Source: Planctomycetaceae bacterium
Lineage (GTDB): Bacteria > Planctomycetota > Planctomycetia > Planctomycetales > Planctomycetaceae
Direction of reading: 5' to 3'
DNA: 64,000 nt
Assembly (NCBI GenBank): GCA_016795145.1
Contig: JAEUII010000128.1
Coordinates: 8,594 to 72,593, forward strand
Translations under genes and position numbers: made by a program
Shown: one piece after another, positions 20,338-28,450 of the stretch
Layout of the letters: the number at the start of each line of letters is the position of its first letter
How positions within the stretch are numbered: position 1 is the first letter of the stretch
The notes under the pieces: generated by a model
What the model saw: only the letters and a program-made list of their open reading frames with translations
Told to the model about the DNA's origin: nothing
The model's database searches: none

Positions 20338-20790
20338 CATTTGTAACGCCGGAAAGGCAGATTGCGCCACGCGGCAGAAAAACGCCTGGTTCGCAGAGCG
20401 AACCGCGACTTAGTCGTTGTTCGCTCCGCCGAACAGAACGCCCGTCACACGGTCAACGTTTCCAGAGATCTCTCGCGAGTCAAACGCTACGCCAAAACTG
20501 AGGCGCTGTTAACTCCGCCGAACAGTCCGCATTTGTAACGCCGGAAAGGCAGATTGCGCCACGCGGTAGAAAACGCCTGGTTCGCGGAGCGAACCGCGAC
20601 TTAGTCGTTGTTCGCTCCGCCGAACAGAACGCCCGGCACACGCTCAACGTTTCCAGAGATCTCTCGCGAGTCAAACGCTACGCCAAAACTGAGGCGCTGT
20701 TAACTCCGCCGAACAGTACGCATTTGTAATGCCGGAAAGGCAGATTGCGCCACGCGGCAGAAAAACGCCTGGTTCGACGGAGCGAACCGC
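20338..20790. repeat. Tandem repeat, 191-192 bp unit, about 2.4 copies, between convergent gene ends
   Basis: catttgtaaYgccggaaaggcagattgcgccacgcgg recurs at 20338, 20530 and 20721. Each unit holds three hairpins built on gttcg-N5/6-cgaac. Partial inverted copies lie at 30408-30450 and 42514-42652. Confidence 0.9.
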
Positions 20791-20792
20791 GA

Positions 20793-21950
20793 CTATGACT
20801 TCGCCGCCGCCAAAACCGATTCACCGACGGTCCAGTTGCGACCGTTGCGGATGACTCGACGATAAAGCGTGTCGCGTTCCATGGGGACTCGGCCGGCTTC
20901 ACGAATCAGCCGGTGAAGCTGCTCGACCGTCATGCCTTCAGGAGTCTTTGCTCCGGCATCGTGATAGATCAGTTCATGGACCACGGTGCCGTCAATGTCG
21001 TCCGCACCGTAGCTCAGAGCAAGCTGAGCTGTCTGTTCGCCCAGCATGATCCAGTAGGCTTTGATGTGGTCGAAGTTGTCGAGCATCAGGCGAGCCAGCG
21101 CCATGGTGCGCAGGTCCATTAGAGCATCCGGCTTTCGGATGTCAGACAGTTCCGTATTGTCCGGATGGAAAGCCAGAGGAATGAAGGTCTGGAACCCGCC
21201 GGTTTCATCCTGAAGATCTCGCAGTCGGATCAGATGGTCAATCCGGTGCTTTGCCTTTTCGACGTGTCCATACAGCATCGTTGCGTTCGAACGCAGCCCG
21301 AGCGAATGAGCAGTCCGGTGAACATCAAACCAAACATCGCTGTCAGCTTTGTGCTCACAAATCTGACGTCGAACCTCTTCGTCAAAGATCTCGGCACCGC
21401 CGCCAGGCATGCTGCCGAGTCCTGCTTCGACCATCTGTTCCAGCACCCACTGGATCGGCTTCTTCGTGATGAACCCGAACCAGAAAATCTCAACCGGAGT
21501 CCACGCTTTGATGTGAATCTCCGGGCAGGTTTCGTGGATCACTCGAACGACATTCAGGTACCAGTCGAAACTCTTCTTATGATGCAGACCACCGACAACA
21601 TGAATCTCCGTGGCCCCGGCAGCTCGACCTTCCAGAACGCGTTCACGGATCATGTCGTCGGTGAACGTGTACGCTTTTTCGTCCTTCAAGTCGGCTCGAA
21701 ACGCGCAGAAGCGGCAGCGGTAGACACAAACGTTGGTCGGGTTCAAATGAATGTTGGTGTTGTAATACGCAACGTTGCCGTTCTTGCGTTCTCGCACCAG
21801 ATTGGCGAGGCGACCCAGAGTATGAAGTTCTGCCTTCTCATCCAGCAGTACTCCTTCATCAAAGGTCAGCCGCTCACCCGCCTGAACTTTTTCAGCGATT
21901 GCCTGAATGGCTTTGTTGTCTGTTGAAGATGTCATGGTCAAAGTATCCAC
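20793..21950 (-). CDS. Radical SAM menaquinone-biosynthesis enzyme, MqnE/MqnC family (futalosine pathway)
   Basis: It carries the NPTNVCVYRCRFCAF radical-SAM CxxxCxxC cluster, then GATEIHVVGGLH and GGFQTFIPLAFHP. The start is either GTG at 21950 or ATG at 21935. It is adjacent to a UbiA prenyltransferase. Confidence 0.75.
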   Translation of the reverse strand: MDTLTMTSSTDNKAIQAIAEKVQAGERLTFDEGVLLDEKAELHTLGRLANLVRERKNGNVAYYNTNIHLNPTNVCVYRCRFCAFRADLKDEKAYTFTDDMIRERVLEGRAAGATEIHVVGGLHHKKSFDWYLNVVRVIHETCPEIHIKAWTPVEIFWFGFITKKPIQWVLEQMVEAGLGSMPGGGAEIFDEEVRRQICEHKADSDVWFDVHRTAHSLGLRSNATMLYGHVEKAKHRIDHLIRLRDLQDETGGFQTFIPLAFHPDNTELSDIRKPDALMDLRTMALARLMLDNFDHIKAYWIMLGEQTAQLALSYGADDIDGTVVHELIYHDAGAKTPEGMTVEQLHRLIREAGRVPMERDTLYRRVIRNGRNWTVGESVLAAAKS

Positions 21951-22804
21951 AGGTCAATACATCCCAGCACCAGAATTCCGAAGCTGATGATGGCGTTGAC
22001 ATTGAAGAAGGCAATATTGACGCGAGTCAGATCGTCCGGCCGCACCAGTGAATGCTCATAGAGCAGCAGGAGACTGATCAGGATAATTCCGGCCAGAAAG
22101 ATCCAGCCAAGTCCTGCTATTTTCCAAAGCACCAGCAGCATCGCAATGGTCAGCAGATGACTGACGAACGCGATTCGCAGAGCTGAGCGGATTCCATACT
22201 TTGCCGGAATACTGTTCAGCTTCTGGCTGCGATCGAAATCCGCATCCTGGCAGGCATACAGAATGTCGAACCCGCCGACCCAGAAAAAGATGACACCCGC
22301 CAATGCTGCAGGGATCACGGAGAACTCATCACGCACGGCGATCCATGCGGCAATCGGTGACAGCATCAGCGCGGTTGAAAGCCAGTAATGACAGAAACTG
22401 GTGAATCGCTTGGACAGAGAATATCCCAGCAGGAACAATAGCACCGGCACGGACAATCGAAGAGGCCATTGCTTGGGAAAGAACAAGGTTGTCGAAGCCA
22501 CAAACACGATGCTCATCCCGACCGTGAAGATCCAGACGGCTTTGACTGACAGCAGTCCGGCGGGAATGTGACGCTTCGCCGTTCGAGGATTCCCGGCATC
22601 GATCTTCCGGTCGACGAGTCGATTGAACGCCATCGCCGCGGAACGAGCTGTCACCATGCAAACCAGAATCCCCACCAGGTCCCTCCATCGAAACAGACTG
22701 TCCGGCTGACTCCACGCAATCACCGCCGCCAGCAACGCAAAGGGCAGGGCGAAGATCGTGTGGCTGAACCGAATCAGCTCGAGAAAATGACGGACGGAGG
22801 ACAT
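21938..22804 (-). CDS. UbiA-family aromatic prenyltransferase (MqnP-like)
   Basis: 288 aa and polytopic. It has NRLVDRKIDAGNPRTAKRHIP (UbiA NxxxDxxxD motif) and a second D-rich loop, CQDADFDR. It abuts the mqn radical-SAM gene. Confidence 0.8.
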   Translation of the reverse strand: MSSVRHFLELIRFSHTIFALPFALLAAVIAWSQPDSLFRWRDLVGILVCMVTARSAAMAFNRLVDRKIDAGNPRTAKRHIPAGLLSVKAVWIFTVGMSIVFVASTTLFFPKQWPLRLSVPVLLFLLGYSLSKRFTSFCHYWLSTALMLSPIAAWIAVRDEFSVIPAALAGVIFFWVGGFDILYACQDADFDRSQKLNSIPAKYGIRSALRIAFVSHLLTIAMLLVLWKIAGLGWIFLAGIILISLLLLYEHSLVRPDDLTRVNIAFFNVNAIISFGILVLGCIDLWIL

Positions 22805-22806
22805 GC

Positions 22807-22861
22807 GTTTTTGGTTCTTGGTTGTTCGTTCTTTGTTCTTGGTTCGTTGTTATTGGTTTGG
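22807..22861. repeat. G/T-rich low-complexity element directly upstream of the UbiA start
   Basis: The element reads gtttttggttcttggttgttcgttctttgttcttggttcgttgttattggtttgg. On the coding (minus) strand it is A/C-rich (CAAAGAACGAACAACCAAGAACC) and ends 2 nt before the ATG. Confidence 0.75.
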
Positions 22862-22911
22862 AGAGTCTTCGTTTCAGTTAGCGGCACGGCGCGAGCCATG
22901 GGGTGACAAGA

Positions 22912-23113
22912 GGGCTGGGAAGCCCGAAACATCCCCTGCCGGGGCCGTGAGGCCCCGGAGTGCATTGGATCAGTTGGAAGGCCCAGCGGGCCGACACAAC
23001 ACAAACAGTTCGAACGCTGATCCCGTTGTGTCGACCCTCCGGGCCTCTCCTTTTGTTGAGCCAACTACCGGTGGCTCACGCCACCGGCAAGGGTTATTCC
23101 GACCCTCCGGGCC
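22912..23113. other. Densely structured intergenic segment (candidate leader or ncRNA)
   Basis: Five GC-rich hairpins fall within about 180 nt. They are gggct-ggga-agccc (22912-22925), ccggggcc-gtga-ggccccgg (22939-22958) and ggccc-agc-gggcc (22980-22992). The others are cgacacaac...gttgtgtcg (22992-23033) and ccggtggc-tcac-gccaccgg (23068-23087). gaccctccgggcc is repeated at 23033 and 23101. Confidence 0.3.
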
Positions 23114-23136
23114 TTAAGCACAGAAACACAGGAACA

Positions 23137-23198
23137 TTTTCGGCTTTCCGCTCTCCGCTTTCGGTTTTCCCCACCCGGCTTTCCGCTTTCGCTTCTCC
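23137..23198. repeat. Short-period ggctttccgctttcg-type repeat, downstream flank of the E1-like gene
   Basis: The element reads ttttcggctttccgctctccgctttcggttttccccacccggctttccgctttcgcttctcc. A related copy lies at 24278-24323. Confidence 0.7.
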
Positions 23199-23208
23199 AA
23201 TCCGCAAC

Positions 23209-24267
23209 TCAGGACCCGATGTAACGCGCGTAAAGGCTTCTGGCAACTGCGGGGTCGCTGGTTCCCCGGATGATGGCTCGGCCATCGGGAAAAACCGTCA
23301 TTTCGTACGGCTCTTTATCCGCAGATTCCGTCTCCGGTTTGGGAACGGTCAGCCGAATCAGGAACCCGTTTGCGACGACTTTCCCGGAGGCTCGCAGCTT
23401 TTCGGCAAGTTCGGGCAATGTCAGAGTCGGGCGTTCTGCGGGAGTCACCTGCACGGCATTTCGCCCGCAGAGAATCGACGATGCGGCTCGCTGAGTCCCA
23501 TGAAGCCAGAGCCGTTCGCCCTGATGGCAGGCGGGGCACGAAGTGGATTCGCGGAGGTTGCTCAAGTCAATATTTCGGAACGAACCGTTCCAGACATCGA
23601 CGATCAGCAGTTGACTCGTCACGCTGTCCGCATGCCCGGTCAGGATCTTGAGAGCAATTGCCGCCTGAACGGACGCGACGACTCCAATTGCCGGCCCGAG
23701 AACTCCCGCGGTGTCACACGTCTCCGTCGTTCCCGGTGGCGGTGGTGTCGTCATCAGACAGCGAAGACACGCCGTTCGTCCTGGTATCACAGGCATGACC
23801 TGACCACTGGCTCCCGTACATCCCGTAAAGATCCAGGGAATGCCAAGCGTGAGCGACACATCGTTGATAAGATAACGAATCTCAAAGTTGTCGGTCCCGT
23901 CGAGTATCAAGTCGCGATCTCGAGCAAACTCGGTGATGTTCCCAAAGTCCACGTCCGCGACGATACTCTCAATCTGAACTTCAGAGTTCACTGCCTGGAG
24001 CCGACGCTGAGCAGCCACGGCCTTTGGAAGATGATCCGCCACATCCTGTTCGGTGAAAAGAACCTGTCGCTGAAGATTGCTGAGTTCCACGAAGTCGCGA
24101 TCGACGATGCGAACGTGTCCGACTCCAGCGCGGACCATCGCATCCGCAAGCACACACCCCAGCGCGCCGCAGCCCACGAGCAGAACCTTCGACTCCGCCA
24201 GCCGCCGCTGCCCCTCCTGGCCAATCCCAGCCACCAACATCTGCTTGTGATAACGACCTGGAATCAC
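23209..24267 (-). CDS. ThiF/MoeB/HesA-family E1-like adenylyltransferase (probable molybdopterin-synthase adenylyltransferase, long form)
   Basis: It carries RYHKQMLVAGIGQEGQRRL..VLLVGCGALGC..VDRDFVELSNLQRQ (Rossmann GxGxxG). Two CxxC pairs (CLRC, CPAC) are present. A roughly 100-aa C-terminal extension lacks a rhodanese CxxGxR loop. The start is GTG. Confidence 0.8.
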   Translation of the reverse strand: MIPGRYHKQMLVAGIGQEGQRRLAESKVLLVGCGALGCVLADAMVRAGVGHVRIVDRDFVELSNLQRQVLFTEQDVADHLPKAVAAQRRLQAVNSEVQIESIVADVDFGNITEFARDRDLILDGTDNFEIRYLINDVSLTLGIPWIFTGCTGASGQVMPVIPGRTACLRCLMTTPPPPGTTETCDTAGVLGPAIGVVASVQAAIALKILTGHADSVTSQLLIVDVWNGSFRNIDLSNLRESTSCPACHQGERLWLHGTQRAASSILCGRNAVQVTPAERPTLTLPELAEKLRASGKVVANGFLIRLTVPKPETESADKEPYEMTVFPDGRAIIRGTSDPAVARSLYARYIGS

Positions 24268-24277
24268 TGCGCCTCAT

Positions 24278-24323
24278 CCCCCACTTTCCGGCTTTCCGCT
24301 TTCGGCTTTCCACTTTTCTTCCC
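24278..24323. repeat. Short-period ggctttcc repeat, upstream flank of the E1-like gene
   Basis: The plus strand reads ccccactttccggctttccgctttcggctttccacttttcttccc. The coding strand reads GGAAAGCCGAAAGCGGAAAGCCGGAAAGTGG. Confidence 0.7.
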
Positions 24324-24328
24324 AAGCG

Positions 24329-25927
24329 TCAGCGGCTCAGGAACTTTCTTATCACATTCGCCGTAACGCGTGAAATCGCATCATCCACCGGCAGCGAAGC
24401 AACATAGTTGATCGAGCCGACAGAAAAGACACGGCCACCGGAAGGCGTTTCGAAGATGACCATTTCCGCGCCGCCGTCGTCGGGATTCAGTCCTCGAGCC
24501 AGCACATGAGTATTCGCGGGGGAGCTTGCAGACCGTTTGTCGGTTTCATGCCCAGAGGCTCCGCCGGGACAGCGTTTATGAAGGCTCGCTTCGCCAAACA
24601 GTTGTCCGTTCTTCAGCCCAGTCCCTTCGAAGACCCAGTGGTCCGCATCGACCGTTTGATACGGAGCCCCCGTCATCGCGCCGGATGGTGTGAAGACGAC
24701 ACCAAGCAGGCTGGCTTCTGATTCATGACGCACGGCGAAGCGGCTGTCACATCCTCCCATGCCCGTGCTCCAGAGCGATGTGATACTGCCATTATGAACG
24801 GTCATCGTTGCGTTGTCGTGCAGATCCACTTCGCAGTTCAGTCCGTTCCCGCCGAGATACATCAGGCGGCCTCCCTGTTCGAAGACCCACGTCTTCAGCC
24901 GATCGTACATGCGGCGAGTCCAGTATTCGGGATGAACACAGATGATCAGAATATCGTAGGCCGAAAGATCCAGAGTGCCGTCGTCGAGCTGAGTCTCTGC
25001 GTAGTAGTCGTATGCAAAGCTCTCCCGCTCCATCCAACCGAGCAGTCGCCATTCTGCAGGTGCCAGATGACACGCCTGACGACCTTCAATCGGGTCCGTA
25101 ATCTTCTCATCAAAGTCGATGTGACAGAACGGTTCAGGTCGTTCGAACGAAAGAGGAGCGTAGGCAGAATAGCCCCACGTACCATGCTCCGCGTCGATGT
25201 AGCGCCGGAGTTCCTGACGCGAGTTCACCGTGGGTGTCGGAGGCAACTGATCTGCATGAATGTAGTTGCTGCGACCTCCGAAGGCGTTGTAGGCATTCCA
25301 TGTGATGTTGGAGGCCAGAATGGCGATGCGAGCATCCGGCTGCCGCGGTGCAACAATCCACGGGAACGAAAACTGCCGGCCCGATCGCGTGTCGGCTCGA
25401 AAATAATACAGACCACTTCGATCCGGCGCCTTCACGAACTGACGATGCGTGGGAGACACATAGCCCACCTTGTTCCATTCACATCCGCTGCGAGTATAGT
25501 CGCCATCAGGAGTCACCTGCATGGTAGCTCGCGGACCATGTTCATCGTGCCAGCCAAGCGGACGAACTCGTTCAGGTTCAAGCCCATAACGCCAGAGTTC
25601 CAGGCGATAAGGTTCCACCGAGTGAACTCGGAACTCGGACTCTTCTCCGGCTCGCACCCACTTCGGCCATGCATAACCCAGAAGCCCGTCCGTCAGAAGG
25701 CGAAACTGGAAAGGTTGGGTGCATGGAAGGCACACACGAGTCACCTTGGAACCGTATCCAGGCTTCTGCAGGATGACTCGATAATCGCCAGGCGGCAGAT
25801 CTGCGAACACAGCACCGCTCGCGCGCGAACGAGCTTCCCATGAGCGTCCCTGTTCGTCGATGAACTCCAGAACGACGTCGGCCAGTGCAACGTATCGCTC
25901 ATCGCTGACGTAACCGATCCGATTCAT
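24329..25927 (-). CDS. N,N-dimethylformamidase large-subunit-like protein with an N-terminal carboxypeptidase-regulatory-like domain
   Basis: Motifs are LPPGDYRVILQKPGYGS, ILASNITWNAYNAFGGRSNY and VHPEYWTRRMYDRLKTWVFEQGGRLMYLGGNG. The family assignment is from memory of these motifs. The probable start is MNRIGY at 25927. Confidence 0.5.
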   Translation of the reverse strand: MNRIGYVSDERYVALADVVLEFIDEQGRSWEARSRASGAVFADLPPGDYRVILQKPGYGSKVTRVCLPCTQPFQFRLLTDGLLGYAWPKWVRAGEESEFRVHSVEPYRLELWRYGLEPERVRPLGWHDEHGPRATMQVTPDGDYTRSGCEWNKVGYVSPTHRQFVKAPDRSGLYYFRADTRSGRQFSFPWIVAPRQPDARIAILASNITWNAYNAFGGRSNYIHADQLPPTPTVNSRQELRRYIDAEHGTWGYSAYAPLSFERPEPFCHIDFDEKITDPIEGRQACHLAPAEWRLLGWMERESFAYDYYAETQLDDGTLDLSAYDILIICVHPEYWTRRMYDRLKTWVFEQGGRLMYLGGNGLNCEVDLHDNATMTVHNGSITSLWSTGMGGCDSRFAVRHESEASLLGVVFTPSGAMTGAPYQTVDADHWVFEGTGLKNGQLFGEASLHKRCPGGASGHETDKRSASSPANTHVLARGLNPDDGGAEMVIFETPSGGRVFSVGSINYVASLPVDDAISRVTANVIRKFLSR

Positions 25928-25968
25928 GATCTGTTCCTTCTGAGATTTCGATGCCAGCTGCGAGCATT

Positions 25969-26814
25969 TCATCGCTGTGTCAGAGCATCTCGAATGAACG
26001 CTGGTCGATTGGTTGTGATGCCCACTGCACCGAGGTCGCGATAGAATTGAGCATCCTTCGGGTCATCCAGAGTCCACACGTGGAATTCCTTGAGACCATG
26101 CTGCTTGAGTCCGTCGAGGAATTCTGCCGTCACAACTTCGCGTCGCCCCTGAAATCCGATGCCGTCGGCTCCCGTTTCCTTCAACGACGTGGCGACATCC
26201 GTGGCCGTTGGCGACCATTTGCCAGTCACTTTGTCCTGCTTGAATCCCGTCAGCCAGTGAGTCCTGATCGCCGGAAGCTGCTGCTTCACCGCTTTCACCG
26301 TGTCTTTATTGAACGCGATAATCAGCAGATCTTTGGCTGATGGCTTCAGCCGATCGAGTTCAGCCTTCAGCAGCGGCACAATCTCAGGACCGGTCTTGAG
26401 TTCAATGACGAACATGCGGGCTTCCGGAATGACGGCCATGACTTCGGCGAACGTCGGAATCGGTTCGCCCTTGAATCGAGCATCCTTCCAGCTTCCATAT
26501 TCCAGCTGTCGCAGTTCATCCAGCGTCGAATCGGCAACGACCAGATTCTTCCCAGCCGTTCGTTTGGTGTCCTTGTCATGGATGCAGACAATCTGCTGAT
26601 CCTTCGTCACGTAGAAATCCGCCTCGACACCATCGGCAGCCTGAGCCCACGCCTCACGAAACGCCGAAATCGTATTCTCCGGAGCATCGTATGACGCACC
26701 TCGATGAGCAACGATGACCTGAGCATTGCTGGTCGGCGCAGCAAGCAACAGAGAACCAAGCAGGGCAAACAGCAGGGTGAAAGACTTCACGTGAAAAACT
26801 CCAAAGGCCAACAA
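25969..26814 (-). CDS. Glycerophosphodiester phosphodiesterase, secreted
   Basis: It has a signal-like N-terminus followed by VIVAHRGASYDAPENTISAF...GVEADFYVTKDQQIVCIHD, the GDPD catalytic motifs. The start is TTG at 26814 or GTG at 26790. Confidence 0.85.
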   Translation of the reverse strand: MLAFGVFHVKSFTLLFALLGSLLLAAPTSNAQVIVAHRGASYDAPENTISAFREAWAQAADGVEADFYVTKDQQIVCIHDKDTKRTAGKNLVVADSTLDELRQLEYGSWKDARFKGEPIPTFAEVMAVIPEARMFVIELKTGPEIVPLLKAELDRLKPSAKDLLIIAFNKDTVKAVKQQLPAIRTHWLTGFKQDKVTGKWSPTATDVATSLKETGADGIGFQGRREVVTAEFLDGLKQHGLKEFHVWTLDDPKDAQFYRDLGAVGITTNRPAFIRDALTQR

Positions 26815-27026
26815 TCATCATCTCAAGTCAAACTGGAGGAAGCTCAACTTCCTGACGGCTCGTTCAAACCGCATCGTAGTGTCCTGAAGAGCGCTTGTCC
26901 CTTGTTCAACAGGCAGCACCGCCGAAGCGTATATGCCGCAGGCTCCGGAAGCCCTCGTGTGCACGTCTCCCCCACCGGGTTCACCCCAGTGGAAAACGGC
27001 CTCTGCACTACAGCGTGCCCCAGTAT

Positions 27027-27155
27027 CATCGGGTAGCACGTACGCAGTGCGTGCGCCCCAGGCGCCGGAAGCCCAAGTGTGCACGAGGTAAAACCAACGC
27101 AGTCGCAATGAGTACTAAGGTCGGACAAAAAGTGAGTGTCAAAAAACAAGGCGAG
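27027..27155 (+). repeat. Dispersed repeat family B, full copy 1
   Basis: It runs catcgggtagcacgtacgcagtgcgtg..caggcgccggaagcccaagtgtgc..gcagtcgcaatga..ggtcggacaaaaagtgagtgtcaaaaaacaaggcga. By eye it is about 85 percent identical to 28265-28392, in the same orientation. Confidence 0.85.
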
Positions 27156-27232
27156 TGGGCGGACGTCTTTCCCCTGATTGCGATTTCCTCACATCGCTGC
27201 AACCCTCGATTATGGGCCGCTTGCTAAGAGCG

Positions 27233-28012
27233 TCATACACGTTGATCACCTGGCTCGGCCCGAATCTCGACTCGCTTGAACGCGGCTAATGTTTCTTCTT
27301 CCGAAGGCGGACAAAGTACATGTCGTCTCGCAAACTGTTCGGCGTCGGGGTAACCAGTGGCTGAAACACGTCTGGCGGCTTCATCGAGATCGTATTCAGT
27401 TCGCCGGAAATCGATCTCTGAACCCAGGAGAATCCAGCAGGCACCGGGATTTCCAAAAGGCATTCCGACGCTACCCGCATTCACAACGCGTGTCTGACCG
27501 ATTCGGCGGTCAAACTGCATGTGCGTGTGCCCACAAACGACAATGGGCACATTATGTGGCTCGAAAACTGGCAACAGCGACTCAGACGCTGTCACCCGAG
27601 TGAAGATTTCGGTGTCGCTCCGCGGTGTCGCATGACAAAACAATACGTCTCCCAAACCATCAATCCACAACTGGCATGTTGAAGGCCATGAAGCCAGCAG
27701 TGCTTGATCCTGCGTCCGTAGTTGTTCCGCCGACCATTGAATTGGCCGACGCCACAGTTCCATTGCGGAACGATACCACTCTGTTTCTGTGCCTTGCATC
27801 CGAGCAAGTACCTCCCGGTCGCCGTTTCCGCGAATGAACGTTACCGGTACGTCGAGGTCAAGCAAACACTCGAGCGTTTCGGCAGGCATGGGCCCCGGAA
27901 AGACATCGCCGCCAACGACGATCCTATCTACGTTCTCTTGCCGCACGTTTAGCAGTACCGCTTCAAGCGCTGGAAGATTTCCGTGGATGTCGTAGATTGC
28001 CGCAACGCGCAT
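27233..28012 (-). CDS. Calcineurin-like metallophosphoesterase
   Basis: Motifs are AIYDIHGN, VVGGDVF, GNGDRE and VVCGHTHMQF, the MPP metal-ligand set. Confidence 0.85.
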   Translation of the reverse strand: MRVAAIYDIHGNLPALEAVLLNVRQENVDRIVVGGDVFPGPMPAETLECLLDLDVPVTFIRGNGDREVLARMQGTETEWYRSAMELWRRPIQWSAEQLRTQDQALLASWPSTCQLWIDGLGDVLFCHATPRSDTEIFTRVTASESLLPVFEPHNVPIVVCGHTHMQFDRRIGQTRVVNAGSVGMPFGNPGACWILLGSEIDFRRTEYDLDEAARRVSATGYPDAEQFARRHVLCPPSEEETLAAFKRVEIRAEPGDQRV

Positions 28013-28264
28013 GATCAGACGTTTTTCTGCCCTGTGCTGAGCGAATTGCGATCTATGCGGCAGGCGATTAGCCGACGTGTAGATCGTGCGTTGAACTTTG
28101 CCGCGCTATCAACGGTACGGGCTCTTGTGGGAATCATCACAGCGAAGAATCCTCCGGTCGAGGAATCTAACAATCGGGGACGTTGTTGTCACCGGTTGTT
28201 GAGGCGCCCGATGTTCCCGCACGGGAACCCAGCACCACGCGTTGGATCCTCGCATGAACGCACC

Positions 28265-28392
28265 CATCGGGTAGGACGCACGAAGTGCGTGTGCCGCAGG
28301 CGCCGGAAACCCAAGTGCGCTCGTCGCGAAACCAATGCAGTCGCAATGAAAACAATGGTCGGACAAAAAATGAGTGACAAAAAATAAGGCGA
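28265..28392 (+). repeat. Dispersed repeat family B, full copy 2
   Basis: Direct-repeat partner of 27027-27155. It includes the hairpin acgcac-gaa-gtgcgt. The core caggcgccggaaRcc also occurs at 26938, 30507 and 31941. Confidence 0.85.
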
Positions 28393-28406
28393 ACGCATTT
28401 TGAAAC

Positions 28407-28450
28407 CGCAGATGAACGCAGATACTCGCAGATAACGCAAAGCACTCGCA
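28407..28450. repeat. Helically phased CGCAGAT array
   Basis: CGCAGAT occurs at 28407, 28417 and 28427, exactly 10 bp apart. Degenerate CGCA copies follow at 28436 and 28447. Confidence 0.7.

Noticed and set aside
20338-20790. Possible CRISPR array: regularly spaced repeats between genes.
   Set aside because: The whole 191-bp unit is repeated with no unique spacers. There are only 2.4 copies and no cas genes in the window. The 213-bp periodicity at 6576-11292 lies inside an open reading frame, so it is not a CRISPR array either.
22912-23113. Possible molybdenum-cofactor riboswitch, because the structured region neighbours a MoeB-like gene.
   Set aside because: The region is downstream of the MoeB-like gene, not upstream. 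I cannot align it to the Moco motif as I remember it. It is kept only as an unclassified structured segment.
22960-24366. A 468-aa plus-strand ORF overlapping the ThiF/MoeB-like gene. Similar large antisense ORFs are 2200..3099, 24725..25843, 40506..41429, 42918..43811, 49438..50337, 59663..60517 and 16317..16793.
   Set aside because: Each lies opposite a gene with clear family motifs. Their translations are Arg/Ser/Pro-rich with no recognisable motifs, typical of shadow ORFs in GC-rich DNA.
26934-28392. Transposon or MITE interpretation of the repeat-flanked metallophosphoesterase gene, and likewise of 30491-32171.
   Set aside because: The repeats are direct, not inverted. No transposase or integrase, target-site duplication or tRNA attachment site is visible. 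Related elements occur in many intergenic regions of the window.
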